In this document: one piece after another, positions 17,197-20,000 of the stretch
Layout: each line of letters opens with the position of its first letter
How positions within the stretch are numbered: the stretch's first letter is position 1
DNA from: Lentisphaeria bacterium
Lineage (GTDB): Bacteria; Verrucomicrobiota; Lentisphaeria; JABSQK01; JAWLHB01
DNA length: 20,000 nucleotides
Direction: 5' to 3'
Assembly (NCBI GenBank): GCA_041690595.1
Contig: JAWLHB010000044.1
Coordinates: 52,657 to 72,656 of the forward strand
Notes under the pieces: generated by a model
Told to the model about the DNA's origin: nothing
The model's input: the letters and a program-made list of their open reading frames with translations, nothing else
The model's database searches: none
Translations under genes and position numbers: made by a program

Positions 17197-19179
17197 ATGA
17201 AGACAACCCCCATGACCTGCCGGACAGCCTCCCTCCTCCTCGCCTGCCTGGCCCTCTTCACCACCAACCTCGCCGCTGACGATCTTCCCCCCGCGAATGT
17301 CCTCGCGGTCATCGCCGAAGCAACCCGCGCGAACAACGATCCGGGCGGCCGGCCGCTGCCCCTCGCTTCGAGTTGGAACAGCGGCTTCGGTTCGTGGGGG
17401 CTGACCGGCTATCCGAACTATCTCCCGCGACCACGCAAGCCGGGGTATCTGGATCTCCACACCCAGCTCGACCTCCTCCTCGCCGGGCACCACTGGCTCC
17501 CCGTCGCCCAGTTCCCGCACCAGATGAAGACCCGTGCCCAGGCCCCGGAAGGCTCTACCTGGTTCAACTACAATGGCTACTACGAGCCGTGGGATACCTT
17601 CGCGAAGTGGGGCATTCCCCTCACCATGGTGGAGACCCAGTTCGATGCCCCCCTCTACAATCAGGCCTTCACCACCGACCGGTGGGTGAAGCTGCCCCCT
17701 TCCCAGAACCCCTGCGTCATCCGCAACGGCCTCCACCTCATGGGTACCCTCGGCCCCGACGCCATCGCCACGACGGAAGGCGTCAACACCGTCCGGGTAA
17801 CCCTCCCGGGCGTCGACCAGCTCGGCGACGACTTGCGGATCTGGTTCTCCCAGGAGATTTCCGTCGGCGGTCTTCGCCTCGATGGCGAACGCTGGGACAT
17901 CACCTCCGTCGAACCCCTCGGCGGCAACGCCCTTGAACTCGACGCGGTCAAGGGCACCGTCGTCACCTTCGCCCACAAGCAACCCGCCACGGCGACCGCC
18001 ACCGGCGGCGGCGTCACCTGGGAGATTTCCCACGTCATCAGCGCCGCCGATCCCCTCGGGCCCGTCGAGCCCTGGTTCGAAGTCGGCCAGTGGTGGATGC
18101 AGGATTTCCGCCGCGACGCCTGGAATGACCTCTGGCAGCGCTACCCCCGCCCGCCCCGGATCCTCTTCCTCTCCAACAACGAAGGCCGCCTCCCCGGTGC
18201 CGACGAGCGCCACCAGTCCAAGCGCTTCGTCGACGCCCATGGCGACAAGACCGACTTCGCCTTCGGCTCCAGGATCGTGAAGGAGGGCTACGCCACCCGC
18301 TTCCAGCGCCTCTTCCAGGGCATGCGGCACGCCATGCCGGAAGCCTGGGCAAACGCCTCGACCATGGTCGCCTACAACGCCGTCTTCACCTGGCACTACG
18401 GTCGCTGGGGCGGCTGGCGCGCCAGTGCCGTGGGAGACGACCTGCCCCAGCATGTCGAGGCAACAAGCTGGGACGGCGCCTCCCCCGAGTACTACCTCAA
18501 CCCCTGGCAGAGCTGCACCGACCATACCATCTTCAGCCCGCAAACCGAATTCATGAACGTCAAGTGGCAGCTCGACCTCCTCTATCAGGAGCATCCCGAC
18601 TTCTGGTACGAGATGTCGACCTGGGACGGCTTCCCCAAGAAGCGCGAATGGTTCGCCGAACGCAACGACCCCTTCACCCCGGAGCGCTACAAGGCCTGGC
18701 TCCAGTACGGCATGTGGCTGACCCGCCCCCGCGTCCTCCGCGAGTTCCGCGACGCCACCCCATTGGAAGAGACCGGCCTCAGCCATTTTCACAAGTTCCT
18801 CGAGGCCGTCGACGACGTTCACGCCGACCCGGTCAAGACCCGCTTCTGGCGACTTGGAACCGTCGTGCCCAACACCAGCCGCCAGCACCCTTACCGGACG
18901 GCAACCCTCGAGAAGTACGACACCATCAACCGCTGGTTCAACCTCGACACCAGCCTCTCTCAACTCCCCCCTGCCGGGCAAGCCGTCAACCTCGATACCG
19001 AAGTCCCTGTCTGGGCCTTGGCCCTCGTCATCGGCCAGGCCCCCAAACGTGAGTGGCTCCTCTACGCCTACTCCCCGCGCCTCGACCGCCAGGCAGTCAC
19101 CATCACCATTCCAGACTATCGGGACATCACCCTCGACGTCCCCCAGGCCGGCCTCTTCCACCACCTCGTCGAACAGTAA
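17197..19179 (+). CDS. Secreted protein of unknown function (660 aa), Trp/Tyr-rich, possible glycoside hydrolase-like barrel
   Basis: Signal peptide (CRTASLLLACLALFTTNLAA-DD); same C-ending codon bias as the rest of the operon; starts 27 nt after the GH9 stop; motifs GRPLPLASSW, LFLSNNEG, WDGASPEYY, FWYEMSTWDG and RPRVLREFR. Confidence 0.82.
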   Translation: MKTTPMTCRTASLLLACLALFTTNLAADDLPPANVLAVIAEATRANNDPGGRPLPLASSWNSGFGSWGLTGYPNYLPRPRKPGYLDLHTQLDLLLAGHHWLPVAQFPHQMKTRAQAPEGSTWFNYNGYYEPWDTFAKWGIPLTMVETQFDAPLYNQAFTTDRWVKLPPSQNPCVIRNGLHLMGTLGPDAIATTEGVNTVRVTLPGVDQLGDDLRIWFSQEISVGGLRLDGERWDITSVEPLGGNALELDAVKGTVVTFAHKQPATATATGGGVTWEISHVISAADPLGPVEPWFEVGQWWMQDFRRDAWNDLWQRYPRPPRILFLSNNEGRLPGADERHQSKRFVDAHGDKTDFAFGSRIVKEGYATRFQRLFQGMRHAMPEAWANASTMVAYNAVFTWHYGRWGGWRASAVGDDLPQHVEATSWDGASPEYYLNPWQSCTDHTIFSPQTEFMNVKWQLDLLYQEHPDFWYEMSTWDGFPKKREWFAERNDPFTPERYKAWLQYGMWLTRPRVLREFRDATPLEETGLSHFHKFLEAVDDVHADPVKTRFWRLGTVVPNTSRQHPYRTATLEKYDTINRWFNLDTSLSQLPPAGQAVNLDTEVPVWALALVIGQAPKREWLLYAYSPRLDRQAVTITIPDYRDITLDVPQAGLFHHLVEQ

Positions 19180-19199
19180 GCCCACCGCGCCCGCCCAAA

Positions 19200-19248
19200 G
19201 TGGGGTAGACATTCCTGTCTGCCCGATCGGAAAGCGGGGTAGACATTC
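19200..19248 (+). repeat. REP-like hairpin directly after the operon, with a truncated second copy
   Basis: GTG-GGGTAGACA-TTCC-TGTCTGCCC (19200-19224; 9-bp stem with one T-G pair); partial copy GCGGGGTAGACATTC at 19234-19248; no U-tract. Confidence 0.65.
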
Positions 19249-19301
19249 GGAAAGGTGGGTCCCAAAAACCTCGGTCGAAACATCGGTGCCCTCCCCAGCC
19301 A

Positions 19302-19652
19302 CGCCACTCGCCTGAGTTAAAGTGGGAGGCGTTCTCCGAACGGCGACTAGGGCCGTTTCCAACGGCCCTGCCATGGCCCTCCCCGACCTCGCCCCTCCCC
19401 AAAACCTCGGTGCCATCCACCGCCTGTTCAGTCCCCGGCCTGTCCGTCCACCGACGCCAACCTGAGCTAACCTCAAAGTGGGAGGCGTTCTCCGAACGGC
19501 GACTAGGGCCGTTTCCCACGGCCCTGCCATTGCGCGCTCCCCTGGCTCGCCACTCGCCTGAGTTAAAGTGGGAGGCGTTCTCCGAACGGCGACTAGGGCC
19601 GTTTCCCGCGGCCCTGCCATTGCGCGCTCCCCTGGCTCGCCACTCGCCTGAG
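19302..19652 (+). repeat. Three copies of a ~56-bp double-hairpin REP-like unit; copies 2 and 3 form a 90-bp tandem duplication
   Basis: AAAGTGGGAGGCGTTCTCCGAACGGCGACTAGGGCCGTTTCC(AA/CA/CG)CGGCCCTGCCAT starts at 19319, 19475 and 19565; hairpins CGTTC-TCC-GAACG and AGGGCCGT-N5-RCGGCCCT. Confidence 0.92.
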
Positions 19653-19678
19653 CAGCCTCCCCCGCCTCACTCCATCCC

Positions 19679-19882
19679 AAATCCTCGGCCAAAACCTCGG
19701 CCGAAACCTCGGTGCCGCCCACCGCCTGCTCGGTCAAAACCTCGGTGCCATCCACCGCCTGCGCGGCCAAAACCTCGGCCGAAACCTCGGTGCCTTCCAC
19801 CGCCTGCGCAACCAAAACCTCGGTCAAAACCTCGGTGCCATCCACCGCCTGCTCGGCCAAGTCCTCAGTCGAACCCTCGGTC
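19679..19882. repeat. Compound minisatellite of 12-bp and 33-bp units
   Basis: Units RAAACCTCGGYC (12 bp) and RAAACCTCGGTGCCDYCCACCGCCTGCKCRRYC (33 bp) in the order 12,12,33,33,12,33,12,33,12,12 (terminal 12-mers degenerate); outlying copies at 19265-19290 and 19401-19426. Confidence 0.92.
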
Positions 19883-20000
19883 CGACGGTGCCACTCACTC
19901 GCGTCCGACCTGGCGTGTTAAAAATTTGCCGCTTGTGGGCATTTCTGCGGAAATAAGTTCACCTCACTTTTGGATCTCCGTGATCCTCCGAATACTTTTC

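Noticed and set aside
19203..19224. Rho-independent terminator for the operon
   Set aside because: A hairpin is present but there is no U-tract; the GTGG foot and partial duplicate fit a REP-like element better.
19319..19652. Possible CRISPR array
   Set aside because: The repeat is about 56 bp, spacing is irregular (156 and 90 bp), the sequences after copies 2 and 3 are duplicates rather than unique spacers, and there are no cas genes in the window.
15535..19860. 1441-aa minus-strand ORF starting in the repeat region
   Set aside because: Mostly antisense to the GH9 and secreted-protein genes; TTG start without a convincing RBS; its N-terminus is simply translated DNA repeats.
19959..20000. 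Possible 3' end of a convergent minus-strand gene (...EKYSEDHGDPKVR*)
   Set aside because: Only 13 codons are visible, too little to support a call.

Overview
GC-rich bacterial DNA, most likely from the PVC superphylum (Lentisphaerae-like, inferred from the FTLIELLVV...SC.NNLKQ...H-X9-DG prepilin-like protein and the DUF4838-type protein). The window has four parts. (1) 1-2712, minus strand: the 5' part of a large secreted protein with at least 10 tandem 86-87 aa beta-rich repeats; it is missing from the ORF track because it runs off the window edge. (2) 3171-3893, minus strand: a prepilin-like H-X9-DG gene transcribed divergently from a LacI regulator, with two near-palindromic operator-like sites overlapping the two promoters. 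(3) 4196-19179, plus strand: a tightly packed glycan-utilisation operon of about 15 kb: LacI, DUF4838-like/FGE-fold fusion, DUF4434-like protein, GH2 beta-glucuronidase-like, GH95 fucosidase-like, uncharacterised beta-propeller, GH9-like, and a secreted unknown protein. No transporter is present in the window. (4) 19200-19882: a mosaic intergenic region of REP-like hairpins and 12/33-bp repeats. All family calls come from motif recognition by eye; no database searches were run.
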